64,000 nt of DNA from Hypanus sabinus (GCF_030144855.1 NC_082712.1:13392001-13456000); one strand, 5' to 3'. Counted from the stretch's first letter, positions 11,126 to 25,689 are shown. Notes: generated by a model from the sequence alone, not told the origin. Numbers and translations are program-made.

Positions 11126-13099
11126 AGAGGAAAGGGTTAGACATCTGGCGCCCTTTGTTAGAAAGAATGTGCGCTCTTCCCATGTGCACGTCGGTTTCCC
11201 CGGGTGCTCTGGCTTCCTCCCACGGTCCTGTGATGTTCCAGTTATCAGATTAGTTGTTCATTGAGAACCGTCCTGTGATTAGGCTGGGATTACATCCCTG
11301 AGTTTCTGGGTGTCGCAACCTGGTGGGCCGTTGTATCTGTAAATAACAAAATGATAAATAATAGATTGAGCTTAGAGAAGGCTGACAGGTTGGCATAACG
11401 TCGAGGGCTGAAGGGCCTGTACTGTGCTGGAATGTTCTACATTCTAATTACAAATCTAATGTTGATGTGCACAAAAGGACACTCTGGAACCCAGAAGAAA
11501 CAATACGGGAAAGTTTCGACTCTTAGCCATCCCACATGCACTGGGATCAGGTAGTGCAGTCAACCCAGGGTGAATCTGGTCTCTTGGTCTACACAAGACT
11601 AGTCCATGAGGCAAAATCCCTCAGAGATTTAGCTCTTGACTGAATCTCTGCAGCCATCTCCCTCAACAATAATCCAGTTTAAACTGTTAGTGTATCAACT
11701 TCAAACATATTGACACTGAAAAGTATTCAAATGATTTCCATGTCTCTAATATCATTGATAATCAGGTTCCTCCTTAAATTACAGCCTCGATCTGTTACTG
11801 TCCCCAACACGTTTCATTTACTTAGCTCCTATGATTTTTGTATCCACTTCCCTCTCTTCCAGATTCATCCTAAGAAATCTGATATTCAAATACCTGTATC
11901 CTAGAAATTGAATCACAGACAGGATTAAATTCACTCTGCCATTCACAGAGGATTTTCCTTCAGAATGGATATTCCGAGGGATTTCCTGAGCCAGAGGATG
12001 CTGAATCTGTGGAATTTACAGCCATAAATGCCTGTGGGAATACTTAAAACAGAGATTGATGGGTTCCTGAATAGTAAGGGTGTCAAAGATGACGGGATGA
12101 GGACAGGAGAATGGGGTTGTTAGGGATAATAAATCAACCACAATGGGATAGCAGAGCAGAATAGATGGGCTGAATGCCAAAACTCTGATGCTATTTCATA
12201 TGCTCTTACGGTCTGAATCTAAGCTCCATACAAGTTTATCAATATTATCCTATAGCCTAAGACCATCTTCCTGTCAACAACATGACCTATGTTGTTATGT
12301 CACCGTAAAGTTTCCAACTGAATCAATGTTTGGGCTCATCTCCAGTTTTGTTGTCAAACACTGATGCCAACGACAAAATTTATTCTGTGGGAATTCCCAG
12401 TCATCTCTCGATCCAAATCCCTTCAAAGGTTATAAATGAATTGGGGGGAGGGAGTCGGATGTGGTGTCATTGCATGATCTAGATTCGTGTTAACCGTTTC
12501 GTTCTGTCCACAGAAAGCGACAAGACTGATCCACCGCAGGAGACTGAGAAGACCGGTTTTCCAACCACAAGGTGCAGACGCAACAAGATCCAACGAGAAC
12601 ACCATGTTCCACATGAAGAAATGTTATCTGTTTTTAATTGACCTCTTCCTACATTGACTCTACAACCTGTTGCAGAATTCTGGGCTGAACATGCCAAATA
12701 TGTAGAACTGGAGAACGATCGTAGATAGAGGCCTAATTAAGGCGGTGGTAAACGCTGCACAGACAGCAATCACTATTGGGCTGAGGACAGTGAGTGGGGC
12801 GTGTGGCCAATTGGTGAAGGCTTTGGGCTAGCGATCTGAAGGTCATTAGTTCGAGCCCCAGCTGAGGCAGTGTGCAACGCACTTAACCCCACACTGCTCC
12901 TGCACGTTTATAGCCCAGTGGCAGCAGTTGGTGTAGTATGGACAGGAGAAGACAGTGAGTAGGTGTGATGTCGACCTGAACTGGTCATCTTTTCTGAGTC
13001 TCAGTCTGGAAATTATCTTTGAGGGATTCTTAAACAAGGTCTCCCAAGTCATTTTGCTCAGCTGCTTTTTTTGTATTTTCTCTGTATTTTCTCCCCATT

Positions 13100-15950
13100 T
13101 AAAAAAAATAGTTAACCTTTCATTTATTCTGCCAATGTGTATGACCATACACTTACCGACAATGCATTCCATCTCCACTTCTTTCCCCATTCTCCTAATC
13201 TGTCTAGGTCCTTCTGTAGTCATTCCACTTCCTCAAACCCACCTTGCCTTCCACATATCTTCGTATCATCTGCAAAGTCTGCATCAAAGCCAACAATTCT
13301 ATCATCCAAATCATTAACGTATAATGTACAATGAATTGGTCCCAACACAGGCCCCTGTGCAACATCACGAGTTACCGGCAGGCACCCAGAAAAGGCTCCC
13401 TTCATGCGAGGGGATCTCAGTGGGCTAGGCAGCATCTATGGAAAAGAGTAAGCAGTCGATGTTTCTGGCTGGGACCCTTCATACCCTGATCTCTTTTATC
13501 CATGTTAGGATATTCGATGTAATACCTTGGGCAATGAATTCCACAGATTCACTATACCCTGACTAGCGAAGTCCTCCTCATCTCTGTTTTAATAGGACAC
13601 CCCTCTATTCGGAGACTGTCCCTTCTGGTCCTAGACTCGCCACTATAGGAAGCATCCTCTCACCATCTCCTCGATCTCGGCTTTTCGACAGAATGCAATG
13701 AGCTCACCCCCTCCTACTCTGCTAAACACCATCGAGAACAGACCCAGAATCATCACACTTTCCTCTTATGTTAACCCTCTCACTCCCTGAATCATTCTCG
13801 TGAACCTCTTCTGGAACATCTGCAATGCCAGCCCATATTTTCTTAGAGAAGGGGCCCAAAACTGGTCACAATGCTCCATGGCCCCAAATATAGCAAGATG
13901 TAGTTTAAAGTTTGAAGTGTGTGTGTGTGGGGACGAATGTATTGTGGAGTGGGCAGAGGTGCAGCTTATAAGAGTTGGCAAGTTTGATTTCCACAGAATA
14001 TGGTGAGTGCATTAAGACACACTGTGCTGTTTTTTCTTTAAGTTCGAAGAAAAGTTTTGGGCCTATATCTCCAAAAAGATGTGCTTTCTTTGGAGAGAGT
14101 CCAGAGGAGGTTCACGAGGAGGATTCCAGGAATGAAGGGGTTAACATACGAGTTCTGTTTGGCAGTTTTCTGCCTGTATTCGCTGGAATTTAGAAGGATG
14201 TGAGCAGATCTCATTGAAACCTAACGAATGTTGAAAGGACTATATAGTGTGGATGTAGAGAGGATGTTTCCTCTGTAGCAGGTAACCAGAGCTAAGAGGC
14301 ACAGTCCCTAAACTGAAGGGTGACCTTGTAGAACAGAGGGAAGCAGGAATTTTTTAGCCAGAGTATAAACCTGTGGGATTCTCTGCCACAGACTGTGGTG
14401 GAGGCAGAGACTGTGGGCATATTTAAAGCAAAAGATGATCGTTTCCTGCTCGGTCAGGGCATCAAATGATTTGGTGAGAAGGCAAGTGTATCTGGATCAG
14501 CATTGATGGAATGATGGAGCAGACTCAATGGGCTAAATGGTCTAATTCTGCTCCTGTGTCTTAATGTTTTATTATCTAATGATGAAGTGAAGTTGATGAA
14601 GTCATTCCGTTTGGTTCATGAGCCTGATGCTTGAGGGGTAATAAGTATTCCTGACCCTCGTTCTGTCAGTCCTGAGACCCCTGTACCTTCTTCTCAATGG
14701 CAGCAGTGAGAGGGAGCATGTCCTGGGTGGTCGGGGTCCCTGATGACAGATGCTACTTTCCTGCATCAGCCTCCTGTGTACATGTGTTCAATAGTGGGGA
14801 AGGCTGTACCCGTGAAGGACTCTGTCGTATCCATTACATTTGTATGATTTTCCGTTCAAGGGCATTGGTGTTTCCCTGTCAGGCTGTGACGCACCCGGTC
14901 AATGTACTCGCCACCACACATCTGTAGAAGTTTGCCAACGTTTTAGATGTCGTGCCGATACTTCGCAAACTCATAAAGAACAATACAGCACAGTACAGGC
15001 CATTCGGCCCACAATGATGTGCCAACCCTTAAACCCTGCCTCCCATATAACCCTCCACCTTAAATTCCTCCATATACCTGTCTAGTAGTCTCTTAAATTT
15101 CACTAGTGTATATGCCTCCACCACTGACTCAGGCAGTGCATTCCATGCACCAACCACTCTGAGTGAAAAACCTTCCTCTAATATCCCCCTTGAACTTCCC
15201 TCCCCTTTACCTTAAAGCCATGTCCTCTTGTACTGAGCAGTGGTGCCCTGGGGAAAAGGCACTGGCTGTCCACTCTGTCTATTCCTCTAAATATCTTGTA
15301 TAGAAGTAGAGGTGCCTTGCAATTTCACATAGGTGGCGGGTCCAGGGCCGATTCTCGGAGATAAAAACACGGAGGAATTTAGAGTTGCTGACCTTCTCCA
15401 CCTCTGATCCTCCCATGAGTACTCGCTTATGGATCTCTTTGTTCCTCCTTCAGAAGTCAATACTCAGCTCCTTGGTCTTGGTGACATTGAGTAAGAGGTT
15501 TGTGTTACAGCAGCCTCCCTCGACATTCCACCCTCGCCATTTCAAACATACTTTGCTCCTGCCAGATTCACAAACTCACTTTCTGCTTCATGCTGTCAAA
15601 TACATTGCTGTGCTAAAGTCTTCGGCATCCCAGGTATAAGACTTTTGCATGCTACAGTATCTCAATGTTATAAGACTGTTGATAATTGTAAGTTTAGATG
15701 GTTTCTTGATCTCACAATTCATCCTGTCATGGCGTCGCACTTCCTGGTTTGCCTTATAATAGAAACATAGAAAACCTACAGCACAATACAGGCCCTTCGG
15801 CCCACAAAGTTGTGCCGAACATGTCCCTACCTTAGAAGTTACTAGATTACTAGGCTTACTCTGTTTTCCTAAGCTCCATGTACCTATCCAAAAGTCTCTT
15901 AAAAGACCCTATCGTATCCATCTCCACCACCGTTGCCGGCAGCCTGTTCT
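13100..15950. mobile_element. Cluster of short CR1 and other LINE fragments in both orientations
   Basis: Minus QGPVLGP..LYVNDLDD..FADDTKI (13220-13435); several CR1 3' tails at about 14040-14560 (+), 14975-15300 (-) and 15765-15950 (-). Confidence 0.75.
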
Positions 15951-16164
15951 GTTGGTTAGGAAGTCCATTTAATCTATTTGCACACTGCAATGAACTGAAC
16001 CTTTATTGTTAATCTGCTTGAAGCCTTTCCATCACAAGATGAAAAGAAAACCCCAGTTCAGTGAGCTGTACTTAGCAGGACATAGTGACACAGTAATTAG
16101 GGATCATTGCTTTATCAGAGGCGTCTTTTGTTGGAAAAACACTAACATTCATTTGAATATCCTA

Positions 16165-16920
16165 CCTCTAAACATACGTATCTTTACCTCCCCCCCCCCC
16201 CCCGCTTTCTATAGGGATCGCTCCCTTCCCACTAATCTCGCTCCTGGCGCTTATCCCTGTAAGCAGCCTAAGTGTTGTACCTGCCCATATACCACCTCCC
16301 TTCAGGGCCCAAGGCAGTGCTTCCAGGTGGGACAACACTTCACCTGAATATCTGCTGGGGTTGTCTATTGTGTCCAGTGTGGCCCCAATGTGGCCTCTTC
16401 AACTTTGGTGAGACTCGTCGTAAATTGGGGGACCGCTTCAAAGAGTACCTCCGCTCCATTCGCCAGAAGAGGAACTTTACGATGGCTGAACATTTTTATT
16501 GTATTCCCATTCCTGTTCTGATGTGTCGTTCCATGGTTTCCTCTTGTGCCGTGATGAGATCCCCCTCAGGGCAGAGCAGCGACACCTTATATTCCGCCTG
16601 GGTAAGCTCCAACCCGAATACATGAATATCGATTTCTCCTTCCGGTAAATCAATTCTACCCTAACCTCCATCTTCCTCTATTCCCCACTCTGACCATTTT
16701 ACCTCCTCTCAACTATTACTCCACCCGCCCCCCCACCGAGTCTCCTCCTTCCCTTTTTTCTATGGTCCACTCTCCTGTCCCATCAGATTCCTTTGTCGGC
16801 TCTTGACCTTCCCCAGCCATTTGGCTTCACCGCTCAGCTTCCTGCTGGCCCTCCCCTACCCCCACCTTTACACTCTGGCACCTTCCCCCCTTCCTTCCCA
16901 GTCCTGAAGAATGCTCATGA
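16165..16920 (+). mobile_element. Penelope-like element 3' fragment (GIY-YIG end plus pyrimidine-rich 3' region)
   Basis: GAYPCKQPKCCTCPYT...FQVGQHFT; GETRRKLGDRFKEYLRSIR; ends in a truncated cagtcctgaaga hammerhead start. Confidence 0.85.
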
Positions 16921-17367
16921 CATTTTGCCATACTAGTTGGTTTCCTTTCTGATTGGATTTGTACTTGTGGTTTCATTGGAATTGTTCTTCAGGGGTATAA
17001 ATTTGCCTCGAATCACTATTGCTTCATCTCTGATAATAAATTTTGTCCTGTAAAATGTTTTCCAGTATTTTCCCTTCCACTCTTGAACGATTCACAAACA
17101 CAGCGGCTGAGCTTAGAATGTGGATCAGTGCTGTGATGTTGCGCCCATTAAAGATACTTCGATGGCTCGGGGCAGGAATGGCTACTTCGAATGCCAGGCT
17201 TTAGATGTTTCCGAAAGGACAGGGGAGGAGGAAAGAGAGATGAAGGCGTGACACTGCTGATCGGAGATAGTGACACGGCTGCAGAGAAGGAGGAAGTCAT
17301 GGAGGGTGTCATAATGTGGGGGCAAGGGTGCTGGGGAAGGACCCAAATGCAGGACACAAACACATTT

Positions 17368-18260
17368 TGTCGGGTTAACTAAATAGAGTTTATTACTACT
17401 TACAAGGAGAGCCGGGACGAAAGGATAGAACAGAGAGAAATCAAGGAGAGCAAAGTGGAACCGGGAATAGGTGTAATGGACAAGGACTCAGGCCCTGGAC
17501 TAGGCTGGGACTCAGGGTCTGGGCTAGGACTTGGAACTCGGACATCGCAACCAGGACTCGGATCGTGGACCTTGGAGCCAGGACGCGATACTTAAACACA
17601 GGACATTGAGCAGTGAGCCAGGACTCCTTAGACGCAGTATATGGAGCCGGAACTCTTATTCCCCGGACAGACTCAGACACAGGATAAAAAGCATTGAGCC
17701 GGGAATCCTCCTTAGACACAGGACGGAGTCGGGACTCTTCTTGACACAGTGTCAGGACGCCTTTGAAACACAGGGCATGGATACGGAGACCACACAACGA
17801 TAGTCGGTACTATAACTGGGCACAAGTTTGCCCCAAGCAGCGGTGAGCTCTTGACTCACCCTGGCGGGTTAACCTTGCCGGACCTGCTCGGGCTTGCTGG
17901 TACTTCCTTCAGGAGGAGACGTGGCTTGCTCCGGCTGGATGACTTTGACTCACACCAACTTCGTTAACACTCACTCGCTGAACGGCTGAAGCCGGAAACT
18001 TATAAACTGCCGGTTCGGTCGCGAGTAAATTGCCTTTAATCACCAAGTCCAAGGGACACGGGAAAACCAGGAATTAAAGGGAAATAAGGATCCAACGGTC
18101 GGATCGTAACACAAACAAGGTAAATTTAAAGTGAACACAATCCGGACCCTGACAGTATCCACCCCCCAATGGGAGCCTCCAGGCGACCAACAGGTTTGCC
18201 CGGATTATCAATGACCCGGGTGGTGAAGGGGGTTTTGGTCGGCGGGCAAGACAGAACAAC
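17368..18260 (-). mobile_element. Ty3/Gypsy-type LTR (17368-18154) with adjacent PPT and internal remnant
   Basis: Minus strand: GGGGGGTGGATAC (PPT) then TGTCAGGGTCC...CCCGACA, with internal ggactc-type short repeats. Preceded at 17307-17365 by a stub matching one end of the 21926-22871 LTR family. Confidence 0.7.
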
Positions 18261-19019
18261 ACCTTGCCCTTATATAACTGACGTATTTACCCCGTGGCTA
18301 AAGTGATAACTGGGACTTTGAGTCACTGTCTTGAATTGCACTCTGTGCGGGATTCTGGCTGACGAGAGTTTGAAAAAACAGTGTTTGTGTCTGCTGGGTC
18401 CATGTTCGGCGAGAGCGCTCTGTCACAATGTAGGAGCAAGGCTGCTGGGGAAGGACCCTGATGCACCATCAATAACTCTCGGAGACTGGAAGTGAACGAT
18501 AGGCTTCTATTAGCAGCAAGAGGGAGCACGACATCTCGGAGACTGAGGGAGGAGCAGTGCCCCAATCGCCTCTATACAGGGGTCTGTGGGAGAAGCCACA
18601 GGAGCAGTCAGCAGAGGGGCGTGTCCAGACAGGTATACATAGTTTACCACAGACCCTGATGCAGGGCACAAACAAAGAATGTTTACGTTCTCGCGATGTA
18701 GATTACACGTTTTTATCGATGCACAATAGAAAGCATTGCTTATATAATGCTTTGCTGTGGGAATTATTCTGCATGAAACCATAGGAATCCGTAGACACAG
18801 CTCAGCACATCTCAGGAACCAGCTTCCCCTCTGCGGACTTCGGCTCGGTAAAGGGCCAGCAGAACCAGACAGCCCGAATACCCCGGAGGTCCTCTCATCT
18901 GTCCTCTCCAGATGCCAGAGCCTGAAATCACCGACCACCAGGCTCAAGGTCAGCTTCGATGGGACATCTCAATGGACCAATTGTGAAATAAGCCTCTTGC
19001 CCTGACAACAGTTGAACAG

Positions 19020-20060
19020 TACAACACATGAGCAGGCCAATCGGTCCATCTAGTCTATGCTGAACAATTGTGCTGCCTAGTCCCATGGAAATTCAGTGGT
19101 ACCACAGCCCTTCACACCCCTCACATCCGCATAAGGGGGTGAAATTGACCCCGCGTCCAGCCACGTTCTCATCACATACTGAGTAAAAAACACTCCCTCA
19201 TGTTCACTCTGAACATTTCACCCTTCACCCGGTATCCTGACGTCTAGTTCTGATCGCGCTCGTCCTCCGGGGGAAAGGCCTCCTTGCATTTACCCTGTTC
19301 ATAACACTTGGAATTTCACAGATCCTGCACATGGAAAGCAGCATGCACAAAATGCAGGAGGAACACAGCAGGACAGGCATCGTCCGTGACAATGAACAAA
19401 CCGTCGGCATTTCGGGACGAGAATGGAAGGCGGAAGGCTCCAGAATGAACATGTGGATTGAGGGGAAGAAGGATAGCTGGAAAGTAATCGGTGGTGGTTG
19501 GGAACGACAAAGGGCAGAAGGAGAAATCAACATTCATGCCTTTAGGTTGGAGGCTTCGCAGATGGAATATAATGTGTTGCTCCTCATCTTGAGGGTGGCT
19601 TCATTGTGACAGAAAAAGAGGCCATAGACTGAGATGTCAGAACGGGTTGGAAATCAGATTTCAAATGTTGTGTCACTTGGAGGTTCTGCTTTTGGCGGAT
19701 GGATGGACCTGTTCTATTCCTCTCATAGCTTTGTATCGCTCTATCAAATGTCCTCTTATTCTCCTGCGCTTCAGACAATAAGGTCCTAACGTATGTAACT
19801 TTTCCCTGTAGCTCAGGTCCCCAAGACCAACACATCTTGTCATATTTTTATGACCATATAACCATATAACAATCACAGCATGGAAACAGGCCATCTTGGC
19901 CCTCCTAGTCCGTGCCGAACCCTTAATCTCACCTAGTCCCACCTACCCGCACTCAACCCATAACCCTCCACTCCTTTCCTGTCCATATACCTATCCAATT
20001 TTACCTTAAATGACACAACTGAACTGGCCTCTACTACTTCTACAGGAAGCTCATTCCACT
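19020..20060 (-). mobile_element. CR1 3' fragments with an intervening Penelope 3' fragment (about 19300-19680)
   Basis: EWNELPVEVVEASSVVSFKVKLDRYMDRKG; PLE-type ctccaacctaaaggcatgaatgttgatttctc on minus. Confidence 0.7.
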
Positions 20061-20269
20061 CTTTCAAACTTATTGATATCTTGGCTACAGGAGGGTGACC
20101 AGAAATGCACAAATACTCACTTACATCTGATACAACTTGAACATAACATGCCAATTCTAGTACTCAATACTTTGATTTGTGAGGACCAACATGCCAAAAT
20201 CTCTTTGGTCTTCAGGGTATATCAATGTGATGTATTTTTGGATTTGTGAAATTCCTTCAGTATCTCTGA

Positions 20270-23200
20270 TCATTACAATTGTGACAAGTGCAGCCAGCTG
20301 CAGCTTCTAACAATCCGTGTTAAGGAGTTGGAGTGGAATTGGATGAACTCTGGTCATTCGAAAGGCTGAAGGGATGATAGATAGGACATGTAGTGAGGTA
20401 GTTACACACAAGGGCAAGGTCATAGGGAAGTGGGTGACAGTCAGGAAATAGAAAGGGGTAAAGGAGCCAGTGCAGAGTACCCCTGTGGCCACCCCCCTCA
20501 AAATCAGGTTTATTACTTTGGACACTATGGGGGCGGGGTGGGGGAGGAATATGACCTCGCAGTGGAAATTTGCAGCGGGCGTTTCTCTGTCACTGAGTCT
20601 GGCTCTGTGACCCAGAAGGGTTGTACGGAGAAAAGGCACCCTGTGTTGTTAGGGATTCGTTAGTTAGTGGAGCAGACAGGAGTCTCTGTGGGTGAAAAAG
20701 AGATTCCCGATGGTATGTGGCTTCCCGGCTGCCAGGTTCCGGGGCATCTCGGATCAAGTTCTCTGCAATCTGAATTGGGAGAGTGAACACCCAGAGGTTG
20801 TGATCCATGCAGGTACCAAGGACGAGTGACGAGTTCTGCACAGGGGGTTCAGAAAGTTAATTGCTAAGTTAAAGGGCAGGACCTCCAAGGTTGTGATCCT
20901 AGGATTGGTATTCGTGTCACGGGCTAGTGACACCAGAACTAGATAATTATACAGTTTAACACGTAGGTAAGGAGTTGATGTAGGAGTGAAGGATCACTGG
21001 GATCTCTTTGAAGGAAAGTGGACTGGTATAGAAGGGAGGGTTGGCACCTAAACTGGTGTGGAACTAACATCCCAGCGTGAAGGATTGTTAATGGTGCATG
21101 GTGGTATTTAAATTAGAATTGCAGTGGAATGGAAAATAGAGTGCCAGAACAATTAGTGGAGAGGTTGTGGAAACAGATGTTGAAAAACCTCAAAGTCGAG
21201 AATCAAAAAGTTCAGCATGGTGCGACTATGTCCTGAGCGGCGTATATTTCAATGCAAGAAGCATCATAATGTAGGTGGATGAGTTCAGGCTATGGATCAG
21301 ATCCTGGAATTATGACATTGTAGCCATGAGAGAAACTTGGTTGCAGGAGGGGCAGAACTGGCACCCTAACATTCAGGGGTTTTGTTGTTTTAGACATAAC
21401 AGAGTGGGAAGGGTTAAAGGAGGAAGCGTGGAGTTACTAGTCAGAGCAAATGTCAGGGCAGTGGGACATCAGGATAGACTGGTGAACTCGTCTGGAGAGG
21501 CGTTATGGGTGGAACTGAGAGATAAGAAGTTATGACCACGTTAATGGGGCGATATTACAGACCATCTGACAGTCTGCAGGATTTAGATGTAAAGAGATCG
21601 CAGACTGCTGCAATAAACATAAGGTTGGTATTGGAGGTGATTTTGCATTTCCACTTATTGACTGGGGATCCCATGGCATAAAAGGACTAGATAGGATAAA
21701 GTTTGTGTTCAAGAAAGTTATCTTCATCAGTACGTGGAAGTCCCAATGAGAGCGTGTGATAGGATCTGCTGTTAGGGAATAAGATAGGACAGGTGACAGA
21801 AGTTTCTGTAGGGGAACACTGCATTTAGCCACCTTAAAGCCATTAGCTTGTTTCAACATTTTGAAGGGATAATGAGGCCCGGGTTAAGAGAAAGAAAGAA
21901 GGTGCATAGCAGGAAAACGAAGGAATGTCACAGTCCAGTCCGCGGACTCTGGGCTCCGGGTCTTCCGGCTGTCCCTTGTTTTGGTTGGACTTAACCATGA
22001 GCAGCTGATGCTCATCTTGGGGATGGGTACTTAAGTGGCCCTGGGATTGAGTGTGTTTGGGTGGTTGTCTTGTCAAGATTCCCTGGGAGCAAATGGCTGG
22101 TGGAAGGCTAGAACAGCTACTTGCCAGCTTTAGGCCATGTTGGAGAACCATGGCTTCTTGGAGTCTTGCTGTCATTGCAGTATGGATTCAGCTGCTTCCT
22201 GGGCCAGCTGGGTGGCTGTCAGCCTCTCCGAGCTAGGTGGGGATCTGGTTGTTTCTGTAGCCAGTGGAGGTTGATGGCTGTAACTGGGACTTGGAGCAGC
22301 CCTGATGCAGAGATGGAACTGTCTGTTGTTCTTTGATGTTTGTCTCTTCCTGTCTTCACCCTGTGGGGTCAGTCAGGCTGTTCTGCCATTGCCCTGTGGG
22401 ATGATCTGTCTTGTTTTCTCCTCTGTGGGGTAATTCAGGCTGTTCTGCTGTTGCCCTGCAGATGGAATCTGTCTTGTTTTGTCTTTGCCTCCATTGGGTA
22501 AGTCTGGCTGTTCTGATGGGTGGACCTGTCCTGCCTTGGTGTGGAGTGAAAGTTGAGTCCTGGCTTGTTGAAGGATAGGTCCTGGCTCTGTGTCTATGTA
22601 CTGTCCAATCTCATGATTGTGTCTTGTTAAAGAGGAGTCCCAGCTTGTTGATGGATAAGCCCTGGCTTTATGTTGATGTACGGTTCCGAGTCTGCCTTCA
22701 AGAGCCCAGCCTCGAGCCACGAGCCTCAAGCTCCAAGAAACCAGGCCTGGTCCTGCTTCCCTAGCCTGGTCTGCAACCTGTCCTGTCCTTTAGTTTTGTC
22801 CCGTCCCGTTCCTAGTACTTCAGTGTCTGTGTCCTGCATTTGGGTCCATTCCCAAAGCCCCCCATATGACAAGGAAGGAACAAATGAGAAGTTTATGGAG
22901 TAGCAGTAATGCAAGAGACACATAAGCAAGTAATCAGGGAGGCTAAAAGAAGGCATGACGTTACTCTAGCAGGAACAGAGAAGCAAAATCCTAGGGGTTT
23001 TAGTGATATGTTAAAAGCAAAAGGATTGCAATGTACAAAATATCCTCTGGAGGGCCAGATTGCTAATTAATCTGTGGAGCAAAAACAAATGGTGGAGATT
23101 TTAATTACTTTTTGCACCTGCATTTACTTGAGATGTGGACACAGATTCTATAGAAGTGAAGCAAAACACATTAACTTCATGGGTCCTGTACAGATTGCAG

Positions 23201-24610
23201 AGTCGGTGTTTGCTATCCTGAGGCAAATCAGGGTGGATAAATCCCCAGGGCCTTACAAGGTATTCCCTCAGACCCTAAGCGATGCAAACGCAGAAATTGC
23301 CGGAGACCTAGCAGAGATATTTACATCATCATTAGTGTCGGGAAAAGTACCAGAGGATTGTAGGATACCTATGTTCCGCTGTTTTTAAAGGTTCCAAATA
23401 TTAACCATCAAATTATAGTCCAGTGATTCTGACATCAGTTGTGGGAAAGCTAAAGGAGGGTATTCTAAGGGGACTGGCCATGTAAGTATTTCGATAGAAA
23501 TGGACTGATTAAGGTTAGTCAGCACGGGTTCATGCATGGTAGGTTATGTCTAATCAATTTGGTCGAGTTTTTTGAGGACATTACCGAAAAATTTGAAGAA
23601 GGCAAGGCAGTGGATGTTGTCTACATTGACTTCAGTAAAACCTTTGACAAAGTCCCACATGGGAGACTGGTCAGAATGGTACAGATGATGTCCATCCAAG
23701 ATGATGTAATAAATCGGATTTGAGGCAGATGCCAGAGAGTTGTAGTAGATGGTTCGCTCTCTGACTGGAGGTCTGTAGCTAGTGGAGTGCTGCAGTGTTC
23801 AGTGCCGGGCCCTTTGTTGTGTCAGTGATCTGGATGGTACTGTGGTTAACTGGATCAGCAAATTTGCGGATGACACCAAGAATGGGGTTGTAGTGGACAG
23901 TGGGGAAAGTTATCAGGGCTTGCAAAAAAATCTTTGAAAAAAGATTCTGGGAATATTGGTCCATAATTCATTGAAAGTGTCACAAGTATAAAGGCTGTAA
24001 ATAAGACTTCTGCTACATTGGCCTTTGTACATAAATGTATTGAGTACAGGAGATGGAATGTTATGTCGAGGTTGTATAAGTATTTGGTAAAGCCTGCGTG
24101 CAGTTTCACTCAACTACTTACCAGAGAGAAGTAAATAAGGTCGAAAGAATACGGAGAAAATTTACAAAGATGTTGCCAGGTCTGAAGGACCTGGTTTGTA
24201 AGGAAACATTGAATGGGTTACTTTATTCATTAGAATGTAGAAGATTGAGAGGAGGCTTGATAGAGGTATACAACATTTTGAGGGTATAGACAGGGTTAAT
24301 GTAAGCAGGCTTTTCCCACTGAGGTTCGGTGGGGCTACAACCACAGATCATGTGTTAAGGGTGAAAGGTGAATAGTTTAAGGGGTACATGAGGGGAAACT
24401 TCTTCACTCAGAGGGCCGTGAGTGTGTGGAACGAGCTGCCAGTACAAGTGGTGCATGCAACCGCGATTTCAATGTTTCAGAGAGAAGTTTAGATGGGTAC
24501 ATGGATGCCGATGGCCCCGGTGCAACTCGAAAGGAATAAGCAGTTAAAATGGTTTCAGTATGGACTAGATGGGCCAAAGGGCCTGTTTCTGTGCTGTACT
24601 TCTCTATGAC
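20270..24610 (+). mobile_element. Near full-length decayed CR1 LINE (ORF1, ORF2, tail), split by a solo LTR
   Basis: ORF1 zinc-finger/esterase remnants; WNYDIVAMRETWL; DKSPGPYKVFPQ; VYIDFSKTFDKVPH; FADD; tail ctgtgctgtacttctctatg at about 24590-24608. Confidence 0.88.
21926..22871. mobile_element. Solo LTR with a perfect 5-bp TSD
   Basis: TGTCA...TGACA termini; AGGAA at 21921-21925 and 22872-22876; CR1 ORF2 resumes on both sides. Confidence 0.9.
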
Positions 24611-25689
24611 ACTAATGGAGTAAAGATCCCTTACTATAGTTATGTGAGGGACTGTCAAGTGTTCATCTGGGGTATAATGTTCCCCCTCGTGTGCATGTGT
24701 CCACGCACACACATCTTCTGCTACTGACACACAGAGGAATTTAAACTGCGCTCAGAAGGTTGTCACCCTCTCCCTTGCTGGCATGTTAAGTATATTCCAC
24801 GATCATACACGGTCACATTTCCTTTTCCAGTTTCTGAGGCGGACGGAGTTGACAACATGGGGTTTGCAATTATTTATCTCCAGATTTTAGAACGGGCTTA
24901 GTTATACTATTTTTTATTGACGAAATTATTCACAGCACACAGGTTGCCGTCACTGGCCAAAGAAAAAATTTCCACACACTGGTCATTACAAATGAAAGGG
25001 AACTTTACCCAGTGGGGTAATATGCAGAAGATCGGAAAGTCAGTCGGAATATGGTAGAGCGGAAGGACAATAATTTGTCATGGTTTTAAATAAGGGAGTG
25101 TTTGAAAACTGGAGTACAATATATTCTATCTATCTATCTCCAGGGGCGTTTCAGGAGAATGATTCCTGGAATGAAATGGTTAATGTATGAGGAACATCTG
25201 ACAGCTCTGGGCCTGCCGCTGGAGTTTAGAAAAATGTGGGGGTGTGGGGGGGTGGGGAGCGGGTGGTCCCATTGAAACTTATCGAATGTGGAAAGGCCTG
25301 CATAGAATGGATGTGGAGAGTGTTCATATAGCGGGGGAGTCAAGAACCAGAGGGAACAGCCTCAGAAACCGGGACGTCCCTTAGAACGGAGATGAGGAGG
25401 AATTTATTTAGCCAGATGGTGGTGGATATGTGGAATACATTGACGTAGATGACTGTGGAGGTTAACGGCGAGATGACGGGAGAATGTGGTTGAGAGGGAT
25501 AACTAACCAGCCATAATGGAATGGGGAGCAGACCTGTTGGGCCGAATGGACAGGTTTGCTCCTATATCTTATAATCTATGATCTGACTCCAGGCTAAACT
25601 TCCTGTTCTAATGTTTAATTCATGTCACTGTGATCTCCACATTCTTAGTAATATCCTTTTCTTCTTCTTTCACATACACATTATCTTCC

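Larger units (their letters stand above)
10520..12800 (+). repeat. Segmental duplication block B, copy 1 (TM exon plus 3' flank)
   Basis: Colinear with 25690-27760 in unique, non-TE sequence. Confidence 0.88.

Noticed and set aside
18381-18632. Possible decayed Ig C2 exon (GESALSQC...LYTGVC, CAG/GTATAC)
   Set aside because: No core Trp, no YxC, an in-frame stop, a weak acceptor and the wrong phase; the resemblance is too thin.
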